Shown: positions 29,527 through 39,239, numbered from the stretch's first letter. The stretch: 64,000 nucleotides of DNA from Candidatus Iainarchaeum sp. (GCA_018304465.1 JAGVWC010000010.1:160001-224000); one strand, 5' to 3'. Notes: generated by a model from the letters alone, not told the origin. Translations and numbers: made by a program.

Positions 29527-29770
29527 AATTTCCCCTTTCATTTCGATCCCCCCACCCCGACGAATTGCACTTCAAATTTTTCACTCCCCGCAAACGATGC
29601 GCCTTAGCGTTTAACCACGGGCATTTTGATCATTGAATCATTATTTTCGCTGCCGCCGGCAAAAAAATAAAGAAAACACAAAAAAAAAGCAGCGGACACG
29701 GAGCGGCAAAAGCAAACCGGTTTTTGTAAACCCAAACCTTTTTATTCTACCACTTCCGAATAAAATTGAA

Positions 29771-30616
29771 ATGAATCGGGAAACTATCTTTTTCGCGTTG
29801 ATTTTTTCAGCTGCCTTGCTTTTTGGTTGCGTTACCCTCAATGACGGGTTTCCAAGGAGCGGGTTTGGCGACTTAAACGCGCCTCCGATGTACATTGACC
29901 CCGTCATGTTCGATCCCAACCGCGATCCCCAGTTGAACGCGCCGAATCCAAACCTCGGTGGCCTCCCAAGCTGCGATACGATCATGAGCGCGCAAGACCG
30001 CGAAGTATGCTACAGAAATTACGCCAAAGAACACAACCAACCCGAATTATGCGAACAATTATGGGAACAATACAACGACTGTTACACCGGCATGGCGTTT
30101 TCCACGTACGACCGAAAATACTGCGACAAAATCAAGTACAATCAGGATTACAAGGACATGTGCTATCTGGGAATGGCCAAGCACGCCAAAGACCTTTCCC
30201 TGTGTGCCAGTATCCAGACGCCGTCCATCAAACAACAATGCGGAAACGACAATACGCCACCCGAAATTCCAACCGACGCGAATCCAAATCCCACCTTACC
30301 GGCTTCGGATCAATGCAGTGTCCTAAGCGATTCCCTGCTCCATGACATGTGCTATGTTGGAATGGCCAGCGATACCAAAAACCCGTTGCTATGCGAAAAA
30401 ATCTTCTTATCCGAAAACAAAGACACCTGCTACGGCGCAATCGCATCCGCAAAACAAAACGCCTCCTACTGCACATATGTTCAAAATTTACAAAAAAGAC
30501 CGTACTGTTATACCCAAGTTGCCATTGAAACCAACGACCCCGGCGTCTGTAACGGGATTCAAGGATATCCGGACATGATCGACCTCTGCAAAGACGCTGT
30601 CGCACAAAACCAATAA
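29771..30616 (+). CDS. Cys-rich repeat lipoprotein
   Basis: LLFGC lipobox; repeated C..I......D.CY...A......C units; paralog of 49084..49926. Confidence 0.8.
   Translation: MNRETIFFALIFSAALLFGCVTLNDGFPRSGFGDLNAPPMYIDPVMFDPNRDPQLNAPNPNLGGLPSCDTIMSAQDREVCYRNYAKEHNQPELCEQLWEQYNDCYTGMAFSTYDRKYCDKIKYNQDYKDMCYLGMAKHAKDLSLCASIQTPSIKQQCGNDNTPPEIPTDANPNPTLPASDQCSVLSDSLLHDMCYVGMASDTKNPLLCEKIFLSENKDTCYGAIASAKQNASYCTYVQNLQKRPYCYTQVAIETNDPGVCNGIQGYPDMIDLCKDAVAQNQ
29905..30005 (+). repeat. 101-bp near-identical repeat, copy 1 (copy 2 at 49209..49309)
   Basis: 97/101 identical by manual alignment; the four differences are synonymous. Confidence 0.9.
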
Positions 30617-30743
30617 AAAAGTTAAGAAGCACGCCACTAGTGCATCAGACTGATTTCAGTAAAAAAAAATGAAACAAGTAAAAACCGATTAATCAGGACA
30701 CGCCCTACAGAAACGAGTATAGACTATCTGTTTTTCGTCAATC

Positions 30744-30926
30744 CTAGTCTTTCTCGGTTTCTTCGGTCGTGGTTATTTTTGAGACTGTACGCCCATCCGA
30801 ATCTTTTTCCGTAGTGGTTTCTTTTCTTGTCAGCTTGTGTTTTCCGAATTCGGTTTCACTACTGGTTTCGGCCGTTTCTCTCGTCGTCCACGTTTTTCTT
30901 CCGAAAATAGTTCCAAGGAATCCCAT
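30744..30926 (-). CDS. small Thr/Glu-rich protein
   Basis: MGFLGTIFG start with TTAAAC about 35 nt upstream. Confidence 0.5.
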   Translation of the reverse strand: MGFLGTIFGRKTWTTRETAETSSETEFGKHKLTRKETTTEKDSDGRTVSKITTTEETEKD

Positions 30927-31086
30927 GCCATCACTTCCGAAATATTTATGCACGCGAGGGTTTAACCACAGATGTTTAGACCCCGTTTGAAAACACTAAA
31001 TAAGTCATATAATGATATATTTTATATTATCGAGATATACGGTGTGTTATTATAGTGTTCCGCATACAATACTACTGGATAAAGGT

Positions 31087-31347
31087 ATGGCAGCAGAATT
31101 ATTCGTCGGACCGGCATTGACTCTTCTTTCCGTCGCCTTATTGATCATCGTGGCGTGGAAACTTGGAAAAGGACTGGTTTTGCTGTTAATCAACAGCGTC
31201 GTGGGAATGATCATTCTCATTTTGCTCAACTATTTGCCGTTCGTCAAGATTACGATTAACATTTGGAGCATTCTGATCGTGGCGATCGGCGGGATTCCTG
31301 GAATCGCGCTTGTGGTCTTACTGAGCCATTTCGGGATCGCGTTCTAG
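31087..31347 (+). CDS. BofA-family (pro-sigmaK processing inhibitor-like) membrane protein
   Basis: LLINSVVG..IL..LN.......IN......V..GGIPG...L. Confidence 0.75.
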   Translation: MAAELFVGPALTLLSVALLIIVAWKLGKGLVLLLINSVVGMIILILLNYLPFVKITINIWSILIVAIGGIPGIALVVLLSHFGIAF

Positions 31348-31476
31348 CGGACATCGAAAAAGAAAACTACGGGGGAAATAAAATGGAAACATATTCGGCG
31401 CTTTTGTTGATCGCTGCAGTCGTTGTGATTATAGACCTTTTAAAAAATCAATATACAAACCCGGAGGACTGGTAAA

Positions 31477-31638
31477 ATGGATTTGATATGGACTATTGTA
31501 GTCATTTTAGTCATTCTATGGATACTCGGATTAATCGGATCAATTGGCGGAGGACTCATCCACATACTGTTAGTCATCGCCGCAATCATCGTAGTGTACC
31601 GACTGGCGCAAGGCAGAAACATGCTCACTGGAAAGTGA
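31477..31638 (+). CDS. lmo0937/DUF5670-family small membrane protein (53 aa; not in ORF track)
   Basis: MDLIWTIVVILVILWILGLIGSIGGGLIHILLVIAAIIVVYRL...; GGAGG RBS. Confidence 0.8.
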   Translation: MDLIWTIVVILVILWILGLIGSIGGGLIHILLVIAAIIVVYRLAQGRNMLTGK

Positions 31639-31680
31639 ATCCCGTCCAGTAAATTAATCAAAGAAAAGGAGGAAATCGAA

Positions 31681-31818
31681 ATGGCGAAGAAAAGCAGAGG
31701 CGGCAGAATGACTGCTGCTAAAACACGCGCAAAACGCGGAGCCAAAACAGGCGGACGTCCGGGGGGAAAAGGACCCATCAACCAGCGTCCGGCTGGCAAA
31801 AAAATCATGAAAACCTAA
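31681..31818 (+). CDS. 45-aa Lys/Arg/Gly-rich basic peptide (not in ORF track)
   Basis: MAKKSRGGRMTAAKTRAKRGAKTGGRPGGKGPINQRPAGKKIMKT; GGAGG RBS. Confidence 0.6.
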   Translation: MAKKSRGGRMTAAKTRAKRGAKTGGRPGGKGPINQRPAGKKIMKT

Positions 31819-31856
31819 GAATATCGTAAATTTATCCAAAGAATGGGGGATGAAAC

Positions 31857-32081
31857 ATGAATCAAAAACGAGCAATCACAGGATTAATTGTAATTGCAAT
31901 CGCGGGAATATTTCTACTCAGCGGCTGTACTTCAATCGCATTAACATGTGAAGACCAATCGCGGCAAACATTGGACAAATGCAACGAGGACTGCGGGGAA
32001 GGAGTCCTAAACGCGATCTGCAAAACCGGTTGCACCGGCGAACACAACCAGCGACTGGAACAATGTCAGGCAAACCGATAA
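31857..32081 (+). CDS. small Cys-rich lipoprotein
   Basis: LLSGC lipobox, six further Cys including CxxxC pairs. Confidence 0.7.
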   Translation: MNQKRAITGLIVIAIAGIFLLSGCTSIALTCEDQSRQTLDKCNEDCGEGVLNAICKTGCTGEHNQRLEQCQANR

Positions 32082-32145
32082 TGGATTGTTGGGATTGGCC
32101 GCAATACGGGTCAACCCATTTTGTTTATCATGAGGTGATAAGATT

Positions 32146-32631
32146 ATGCAAGAAATTAGAGCAATAACGCGGGAAAAAGATGCGGGAATCAAGGCAAATG
32201 ACTTGAAGGGAACAAAAGTTCGTGCGGCCAACGGAAAGGAAATCGGCCACGTCATAGGTGTCCGGTTAGATGTCAATACCTTTAATCTGGATGGAATTGA
32301 AGTGGACCGCGGTTTTTTTGGAAAAGACACGTTCATCGGGCGAAAATACATCACGTCTCTTTCCAAAGAAGGAGCTGTTTTGAACATGAGCCCCGTATCC
32401 GACTACAAGGGCCTCAAAGTCTTTGACTCGTCAGGAAAAGAAATCGGAACCGTGAAAGAAGTCAGGACCAACGAACAAACCAACGACATTTCCGCCATCG
32501 TGGTTGGAACCGGTTTTCTCAAAAACGACGCGGTTTTTTCCAAGTCAGACGTTGAAGAAGTGGGCGAAAGCATCATGCTAAACGTTCTGGTGGATGCCAA
32601 TGCCGTCAAAGTAGGCGGACGCGCAGAATAA
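32146..32631 (+). CDS. tandem PRC-barrel domain protein
   Basis: Two repeats of L.G.KV....GKEIG.V..V; GAGGTGA RBS. Confidence 0.85.
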   Translation: MQEIRAITREKDAGIKANDLKGTKVRAANGKEIGHVIGVRLDVNTFNLDGIEVDRGFFGKDTFIGRKYITSLSKEGAVLNMSPVSDYKGLKVFDSSGKEIGTVKEVRTNEQTNDISAIVVGTGFLKNDAVFSKSDVEEVGESIMLNVLVDANAVKVGGRAE

Positions 32632-32645
32632 ACGCAATGCAACCG

Positions 32646-32676
32646 CCCTGACAGGGCTTTACACCCCTTGTCAGGG
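32646..32676. terminator. 11-bp GC-rich hairpin between convergent genes
   Basis: CCCTGACAGGG / CCTTGTCAGGG with a 9-nt loop. Confidence 0.35.
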
Positions 32677-32762
32677 GAATGTTGAATTAAAACCGCGCTA
32701 ATATCGCTACAAACGGCGATAACAACATCTTCGCAGCTAAAAAATATTTTCCAAAATCAGAT

Positions 32763-32942
32763 CTATTTGTTTTTCGGTTTAAAGTATTCTTTTTTCGGCA
32801 ACTTTTCAGGTTCGATGCGTGCCTTGAAAAACTTCACCATCAGTTTAATCGCTTCTTCTTTTGTTCGAAGGTCATGAGCCAGCTTGTAAATTTCGACAAT
32901 CGTATCCTCTTCATGAGACAAGTCAATCTGAATTTTTACCAT
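32763..32942 (-). CDS. RHH-type antitoxin-like protein (DUF2683-like, 59 aa; not in ORF track)
   Basis: MVKIQIDLSHEEDTIVEIYKLAHDLRTKEEAIKLMV. Confidence 0.6.
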   Translation of the reverse strand: MVKIQIDLSHEEDTIVEIYKLAHDLRTKEEAIKLMVKFFKARIEPEKLPKKEYFKPKNK

Positions 32943-33129
32943 ATATTACCACAATATACAATGTACTTGCATCACTGCTTAAACAGATGTTTTACAGTCC
33001 AACTAAAAGTTCAATCACCGAAACGTAATTAAAAGAGACGGTGCACTATCCGGAAAACGAAAAAAGGCGACCAACCTCAACCCGTAACGAATCCACCACC
33101 GCAGCCAAATAGAGATTAGATTTATTAAA

Positions 33130-33618
33130 ATGCGTGCCCTAATTCTTTCAATGAAAAATATTCCAAGTGCTCGGTCTGTGATCGAGTTTCGTTTCATCGC
33201 CCAAGTCCCACCAACACTTGTCGACAAATTTATGAAAGACACCTACGCACCACTCAAATACCACACCCTAATCAAGAACTCGGACAGAGTTTTGGGCGCT
33301 TTTCACAACGAGCAAATGATCGGATTTATTAGCGCAAATGGACACCAAGTCACCGCATTGTACGTCGAACCGCAATATCGCAGGTTAAAAATCGGGTCAC
33401 GGTTAATCCGAAGATTAGGAACAACCTTGAGGAAAAACGGCTTTGATGGGTTTCATCTCGCTGAAATGACCGGCTATGCGCAAGTGACCGTAAAAAAAGA
33501 AAGTGAGCGATTAGCAATGAGAAAAAAAATGGGAACAGGAAAAGAAATCAGAATTTATCCCTCGGGCATCGGGTTTCGAGGAGACATTCGCTTTCCGCGA
33601 AAAACCCCCCGAAAATAG
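33130..33618 (+). CDS. GNAT family N-acetyltransferase
   Basis: ALYVEPQYRRLKIGSRLI acetyl-CoA motif A. Confidence 0.8.
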   Translation: MRALILSMKNIPSARSVIEFRFIAQVPPTLVDKFMKDTYAPLKYHTLIKNSDRVLGAFHNEQMIGFISANGHQVTALYVEPQYRRLKIGSRLIRRLGTTLRKNGFDGFHLAEMTGYAQVTVKKESERLAMRKKMGTGKEIRIYPSGIGFRGDIRFPRKTPRK

Positions 33619-33755
33619 CCTGGGTGTGAACTGATTAATTGAACGCAAAGGGGGTACTTTGTACCTGAAGTTCAAAACAAACCCCAAAGTTTCGGTTGCT
33701 TTGCTTACTGAATACATTATGCAGAAACTTGCATAAACGGTTTTCAGCATTTCGA

Positions 33756-34613
33756 CTATTTTTTTGCCCTTAAATATTCTTTTGCGATTGCGATTCCGAG
33801 TTGATAAGTGAGCCTGCGCACTAAGGCGCTTTTTTTGTTTGCTTCTTTGGGGCTCATGCGCAGTTCTGCTGGAGGATTATATTTGATTTCACTCGGGTGC
33901 TTTTGTGCGTATCGCTGGGCGTGGCCGAGCGGCATGGCTTTTGTTCCAGAGCGAGTCTTTACCCATCCAAGATTAGCGGATTGGATTATATCGGGGCGAT
34001 CAAGGTTGGAGTAATATTTTGTATAAAATAAGCGATTGTTCGTATTCGCAAAATGTGCCATGCTGTAAAGTACCATGGGGGACATAGGCCAGCTATGCAA
34101 CTCCCCTGTTTCCGGGTCTCGCCAAGGTAGGCTTACAGCCCCGTCTTCTTCAGGTTTGATGCTTTGAATTACTTTACGTTCATCTGCAACTGCAAACGCT
34201 TTCTTAATCCGTTTAAGTGTTTTCAGCCTATCGAACATATCCACTATTCGAACATGATGACTTTCAGGTGTAAGCGCTTTCGAAACGTGACGAACGAGCG
34301 TTGGAAATTCTTCATTGGTTCCTCCTTGAAAGGGAGTTACGAGAAATGTCACTCTGGCTTCGGGGGCAACCACGTGTAAGATTCCTTTAATTAATTCGCC
34401 TGAAGAGGCGGCCGTTGTGAGCGGAAAAAAGAAATGGTATCCGCTTCCATCCGAACTTCTTACCATCTTTTTGACACGTTCAACGGATTGCAATCCTCTT
34501 TTCATGTCTTCGGGTCGAGGAGCATAATCTGGACGAAAAAGGTGCTTGCGGTTCCGTTCAAAGAAGTCCGCATAGTTTTTTGGTTCCCTACGAAAACGCT
34601 TGCCTCGCGCCAT
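33756..34613 (-). CDS. hypothetical basic protein
   Basis: 285-aa ORF with TTTATATA upstream; basic termini. Confidence 0.7.
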   Translation of the reverse strand: MARGKRFRREPKNYADFFERNRKHLFRPDYAPRPEDMKRGLQSVERVKKMVRSSDGSGYHFFFPLTTAASSGELIKGILHVVAPEARVTFLVTPFQGGTNEEFPTLVRHVSKALTPESHHVRIVDMFDRLKTLKRIKKAFAVADERKVIQSIKPEEDGAVSLPWRDPETGELHSWPMSPMVLYSMAHFANTNNRLFYTKYYSNLDRPDIIQSANLGWVKTRSGTKAMPLGHAQRYAQKHPSEIKYNPPAELRMSPKEANKKSALVRRLTYQLGIAIAKEYLRAKK

Positions 34614-34817
34614 GAAATACTATCTAAATTTTAGCTATATAAAGCCATTGTTCAAGAAACTTCGGGTTTTTGATTATCCAAATGACTCCCCTCCCAGGGG
34701 GTTGTTTAACCACGGCAGATTGTTATTGGCGGCGATTGATTGTTAGATCAATTGGTAATTACACCAATTTAGCCCTACAAAAATCGCACACACCAAAAAT
34801 TGTGGGAATAATTCGTT

Positions 34818-35228
34818 TCAAAGCAAATTAGTGATTTCATCCAGAAAATTTTTCGGCGTCACAATCCGAATCCTGTTGTATTCACCGATTTTGAGCAGGT
34901 GCTTGTCACCAGTGACAATAAAATCGGCATGTGCTTCGAGAGCGGCTTCGATGATCTTGTTGTCCGCCGGATCGTCTTTCACGATTTCCAGACGACGCCC
35001 GGGATTGACTACTTCGTGAAAAGAGAGAACTTTGCTTACCTTTGCTTCGATCTCGGATTTTGTTTGCTTGAAATCACGATCCAGAATAAACGAATACTCA
35101 TCCATTATTTCCGGAGAAGTAAAGCACCGGATTTTTTGTTCAATGGCAAGCAAAGTAATGTGATTGGAAGCACCGGGCCAGAACGTAGCCGAAATTAACA
35201 CGTTCGTATCAAGAACAACTGCCATCAT
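34818..35228 (-). CDS. PIN-domain toxin (VapC-like)
   Basis: VVLDTNVLISA, DDPADNKIIEAA....ADFIVTGDKHLL. Confidence 0.9.
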   Translation of the reverse strand: MMAVVLDTNVLISATFWPGASNHITLLAIEQKIRCFTSPEIMDEYSFILDRDFKQTKSEIEAKVSKVLSFHEVVNPGRRLEIVKDDPADNKIIEAALEAHADFIVTGDKHLLKIGEYNRIRIVTPKNFLDEITNLL

Positions 35229-35503
35229 TCTTTTATTCCTCGGCCCTTGTGAATCATCCGAACGACATCTTTTTGCTTGATTCCCAATTTCTTGACTTGC
35301 TTGTTTCCTTCGGTCACGGTTTTTTTCCAATCTGCCAAAATCTCTTCCCGCGAAGGCGCTTTCACTCGCTTTAGCAACAACGTATCGCCGGTCCGAACCA
35401 CGGCAAAGGTTTCTCCTTCCTGCAAGTTCATTTCATCCCGCAAATCCTGCGGAATAACTACCTGGCCACGAGAACTCATCTTGGTCAATTCAACATCCGC
35501 CAT
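35225..35503 (-). CDS. AbrB/MazE/SpoVT antitoxin
   Basis: TKMSSRGQVVIPQDLRDEMNL.EG; GGAGGTGA RBS; overlaps the toxin start. Confidence 0.9.
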   Translation of the reverse strand: MADVELTKMSSRGQVVIPQDLRDEMNLQEGETFAVVRTGDTLLLKRVKAPSREEILADWKKTVTEGNKQVKKLGIKQKDVVRMIHKGRGIKE

Positions 35504-35573
35504 TTCATTCACCTCCAATAAACTACCGTCACAAACACTTAATAAAATTATCTTATTGTAAGAAAGTAAGATT

Positions 35574-35658
35574 CGCAGAGGGGGAGATTTGAACTCCCGT
35601 GGGGTTTCCCCCAAGAGGTTAGCAACCTCTCGCCGTAACCAGGCTGGGCCACCTCTGC
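35574..35658 (-). tRNA. tRNA-Ser(GCT)
   Basis: Cloverleaf GCAGAGG/CCTCTGC, anticodon arm AGAGG-TTGCTAA-CCTCT, long variable arm, TTCAAAT loop. Confidence 0.95.
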
Positions 35659-35762
35659 AGCAAACAAAATTCAATCAGAAAATGCCATATAAATCAGCAT
35701 TGCCAAGGTTAAAAAAACCATTCGGATAATTCAACAGAAAAAAGACTATTCGGACGCTGTTT

Positions 35763-36056
35763 CTACGACCTCAACCCATTTCGACACCGTTCAAGCGTCA
35801 GAACACGCACCAGCAACACACGTTCTAAAGTACGAAAAAGACGCTTCCAAGCAAATCGGAAGTTTTCACTGCAAGTAAACAGAACCGATCGTTCAACGAA
35901 ATCACCCGGCGTCAATTCGCCAATCGCGTTTGGAGCACTTGGATCCGAAATACCGTCCGGACACGTAATCACGGGAACCGTTTTATCCGAAGGTTCCTCG
36001 CCAGCGGGAACAATACAACCCGGCCACCAGCCCTTGCCAATAAGCTGGATTCCCAT
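35763..36056 (-). CDS. hypothetical protein
   Basis: ORF only; no recognisable motif. Confidence 0.35.
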   Translation of the reverse strand: MGIQLIGKGWWPGCIVPAGEEPSDKTVPVITCPDGISDPSAPNAIGELTPGDFVERSVLFTCSENFRFAWKRLFRTLERVLLVRVLTLERCRNGLRS

Positions 36057-36353
36057 GCAACGATTGTAAAAAATCGAAGCGTTGGAATCATTGAACGCCT
36101 TCATTTCAATCGTTCAACGACAGTATAAACGGATTTGGTGGTTTCGATTCGAACGTCATCGAAAGGCACCACCGGCGCGAGAGAAGAATCCGAAACACAA
36201 CCCGCCAACACAAAAACGAGAACCAATAATCCAATCCCCTTTGAATCCCTGCACAACAAAAGCAAACACGCTATAATAAACTATTCTAAAACAGATCACC
36301 GGCAATCACGGGCGCCTGCAAAGCAACTTATATTCAGTGAATATGGTCTTAGC

Positions 36354-36662
36354 ATGTGGAAGGAAAAGCAAAAATTTGTAGATTATGTCCGTGAACGACG
36401 ACGCCGATATAAACGCCAACTCCTTGAATTAAAAGGAGGAAAATGTGAAAAATGTGGTTATTCAAACTGCGAAGCAGCTTTAGAATTCCACCATATCGAT
36501 GAAAAAGAAGACCGTATTTCAAGATTATATAACCGTGGATGGAAACGATTGGTTGGCGAGATTGACAAAACGATTTTGTTATGCGCGAATTGTCATCGAG
36601 AACAACATGCAAAAGAACAGGATATTGGTAAAAAAGCAGTTTATCCAATTGAAACGCAATAG
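36354..36662 (+). CDS. HNH endonuclease-like protein
   Basis: GGKCEKCGY....ALEFHH......LLCANCHREQH. Confidence 0.85.
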   Translation: MWKEKQKFVDYVRERRRRYKRQLLELKGGKCEKCGYSNCEAALEFHHIDEKEDRISRLYNRGWKRLVGEIDKTILLCANCHREQHAKEQDIGKKAVYPIETQ

Positions 36663-36730
36663 ATTCAAGATGATGTTTAAATACCTTATCTTGCCCAAAT
36701 TTAGAAACAGCAAACCAAATTTTCACATTA

Positions 36731-36860
36731 GCCCGAGTAGCTCAGACAGAATTCGGTTCTGAAATTGGTTCCGAGTCTGGGGCCACAGGTAGAGTGATCG
36801 GCTGTTACGACAATTGTCGTAGATACCGATTGGTCGAAGGTTCAAGTCCTTCCTCGGGCG
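36731..36860 (+). tRNA. tRNA-Asn(GTT) with two introns (15/16: 36746..36785; 37/38: 36808..36824)
   Basis: GCCCGAG/CTCGGGC acceptor, ATCGG-CTGTTA|A-CCGAT anticodon arm; removing both inserts gives a 73-nt canonical cloverleaf. Confidence 0.88.
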
Positions 36861-36921
36861 TTTCTTCTTTTTTTGGCCACCGATACTATTTATTAGCCCC
36901 AAAAGCCTTTGTTGTGTCCAT

Positions 36922-37551
36922 ATGCGATCCAAAAGCGTTTTCATTGTTTTCGAAGGAATCGACGGCACGGGAAAAACCGAAGCCCTTTCCAAACTGATTC
37001 CCCACCTGGTGACCCGCCATAAGGAGTTTTCCAGTATTGTGCTCACCAAAGAACCCACTTGTGGAAGCACTGGAAACAAAATCCGAAAACTGCATCGCGC
37101 CGACATCAAAGACCCTGAATTGTTTTTTCGCTTGTTTTGCCTGGACCGATCCGAACACATCGAACGCACCATCAAACCCGCACTCAAAACGAATTCCCTG
37201 ATTATTTCGGACCGATACGCCTATTCGACGCTTGCATACCAATCGGTCCAAGGAATCCCCAAAAAAACGCTGCAACACTATTCCTTTCTCAAACCCAATT
37301 TGGTAATCTTGTTTGACGCGCCCGCCAAAACCGTCATGAAACGCATTTACCGACGAAAAAAAGCTCCGGAAGTATTCGAACACACCCGGTTTCTTGAAAA
37401 CGCACGTCAAGAATTCTTAAAAATCGCGAAAAAAACAAAAAAACCCCGTTTTGTCGTGATTGACGCCAGCAAAAACCGAAAAACCGTGGCGTTATCGGTT
37501 CAAAAAGCTGTTGAAAAATTCCTTTTTGATTCCTCAAGAAACCGATTTTAA
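36922..37551 (+). CDS. tmk: thymidylate kinase
   Basis: FIVFEGIDGTGKT, TKEP, SDRY..ST.AYQ. Confidence 0.93.
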   Translation: MRSKSVFIVFEGIDGTGKTEALSKLIPHLVTRHKEFSSIVLTKEPTCGSTGNKIRKLHRADIKDPELFFRLFCLDRSEHIERTIKPALKTNSLIISDRYAYSTLAYQSVQGIPKKTLQHYSFLKPNLVILFDAPAKTVMKRIYRRKKAPEVFEHTRFLENARQEFLKIAKKTKKPRFVVIDASKNRKTVALSVQKAVEKFLFDSSRNRF

Positions 37552-37679
37552 TTGTTCGATCTTTTTTCTTACAGGAGACTGCTTTCGATTGCGATGGGAA
37601 ACGTTGGCCACCCAAAAAACACCCAAATAAAAATAAAAAGCCCTTGGAACATGGGTAGTGCAATCCCGATTGTGATTTT

Positions 37680-39239
37680 GTGAAAAAAATAATTCTGATA
37701 GTATTGGACGGATGGGGCATCGCGCCTGACGGACCCGGAAACTGCATTTCGCAAGCCCACATTCCGTTTTACAATTCCTTACTTGAAAAATACCCTCATT
37801 GCCAGTTGCACGCCCACGGAAACGCCGTGGGACTACGCGAAGACGCCATGGGAACCAGCGAAGTCGGACACCTGCACATGGGCGCGGGACGAATCGTCTG
37901 GCAACCCATCGCTCAAATCGACCGTGACATCAAAAACGGAGAATTCTTCAAGAACAAAAAACTTGTGTCCGCCATGGAAACCGTTCGAAAACGAAAAACC
38001 CGATTGCACTTTATGGGTATCTGTTCGGACGGCGGCGTCCACTCCTCCATCGAACACTTGGACGCGCTCCTAAAACTCGCCAAACAACAAAAAGTCCCCA
38101 AAGTATACATTCATTTTTTCAGCGACGGACGCGACGTACCTGAAAAAAGCGCGCTCACATACGTGAAACAAGTGGAAAAACAGATTCAAAAAAACGGAAT
38201 CGGAAAAATCGCAAGCGTCATTGGCCGGTATTACGCCGGAGACCGCGACAACAACTGGGACCGAACCCAAAAAGCATTCGATTGCCTCGTGAACGGAAAA
38301 GGATTCACCGCAAAAAACGCGTCCGACGCGGTACAACAAGCGTATGCACGCGGCGACTTGACGGATTACTATATCCAACCCACAATCATATCTGAAAAAA
38401 ACAAACCCCTCGCCACGATTTCGGATGGCGACGTCGCGATTTTTTTTAACATTCGCACCGACCGGATTCGACAACTCATCAAAAGCATCGTATTACCCAA
38501 TTTTAAGGGATTCAAACGCCCCAAAACCCCCAAAGTCGATTTTTATTCTTTCGTTCAAACCGAAACCGCGATTCCCGCTAACAAATGCGTTCCAATATTC
38601 AACCCCATCCGCATCAAAAACAACCTCGGAAACCAAATTGCCCGACAAGGCTACAAACAATTACGCGTCGCGGAAACCGACAAATACGCGCACGTCACCT
38701 ATTTTTTCAATTCGCAAGTAGACGAACCCAATCCAGGCGAAGACCGCATCATGGTGCCAAGCCCCAAAGTCCCGGTATACGACCAAAAACCCGAAATGTC
38801 CGCCCGAGAAATCACTGAAAAAGTCACGGAACAAATCAAAACCGGAAAATACGATTTTATCCTGATGAACTACGCCAACGCCGATCTTGTGGGACACTCC
38901 GCCAATATCCCCGCGATTATCATCGGTGTGCAAACCATCGACCAATGCTTACAACACGTCATCGAAAACGCGCTTGCCAAAAACTATTCGATCATGGTCA
39001 CCGCAGACCACGGAAACGCCGAAGAAAAACTTTCTCCGACCGGAGAACGCATTGCCAGCCACTCATGCAACCCCGTTCCGTTCATTTTGGTGTCCAACGA
39101 ACCCGAACTCCAAAAAACGTTTCTTCGCTCCAACGGACAACTCATTGACATCGCGCCCACCATCTTGGAACTGATGAACCTTTCCATTCCAAAAGAAATG
39201 ACCGGAAAAAGCCTGATTCTAAAAAACCAGAAAAAGTGA
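37680..39239 (+). CDS. gpmI: 2,3-bisphosphoglycerate-independent phosphoglycerate mutase
   Basis: LDGWG, MGTSEVGH, SDGGVHS, DGRD, NADLVGH, TADHGNAE. Confidence 0.96.
   Translation: MKKIILIVLDGWGIAPDGPGNCISQAHIPFYNSLLEKYPHCQLHAHGNAVGLREDAMGTSEVGHLHMGAGRIVWQPIAQIDRDIKNGEFFKNKKLVSAMETVRKRKTRLHFMGICSDGGVHSSIEHLDALLKLAKQQKVPKVYIHFFSDGRDVPEKSALTYVKQVEKQIQKNGIGKIASVIGRYYAGDRDNNWDRTQKAFDCLVNGKGFTAKNASDAVQQAYARGDLTDYYIQPTIISEKNKPLATISDGDVAIFFNIRTDRIRQLIKSIVLPNFKGFKRPKTPKVDFYSFVQTETAIPANKCVPIFNPIRIKNNLGNQIARQGYKQLRVAETDKYAHVTYFFNSQVDEPNPGEDRIMVPSPKVPVYDQKPEMSAREITEKVTEQIKTGKYDFILMNYANADLVGHSANIPAIIIGVQTIDQCLQHVIENALAKNYSIMVTADHGNAEEKLSPTGERIASHSCNPVPFILVSNEPELQKTFLRSNGQLIDIAPTILELMNLSIPKEMTGKSLILKNQKK

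Noticed and set aside
29540-29592. TTCGATCCC / TTCAAAT stretches as an att duplicate of the tRNA-Ser 3' end
   Set aside because: Opposite orientation to the tRNA and poor identity.
36306-36328. GGCGCCTGCAAAGC as a tRNA-Cys remnant
   Set aside because: Anticodon-loop-like only; the stem does not pair fully and there are no D or T arms.
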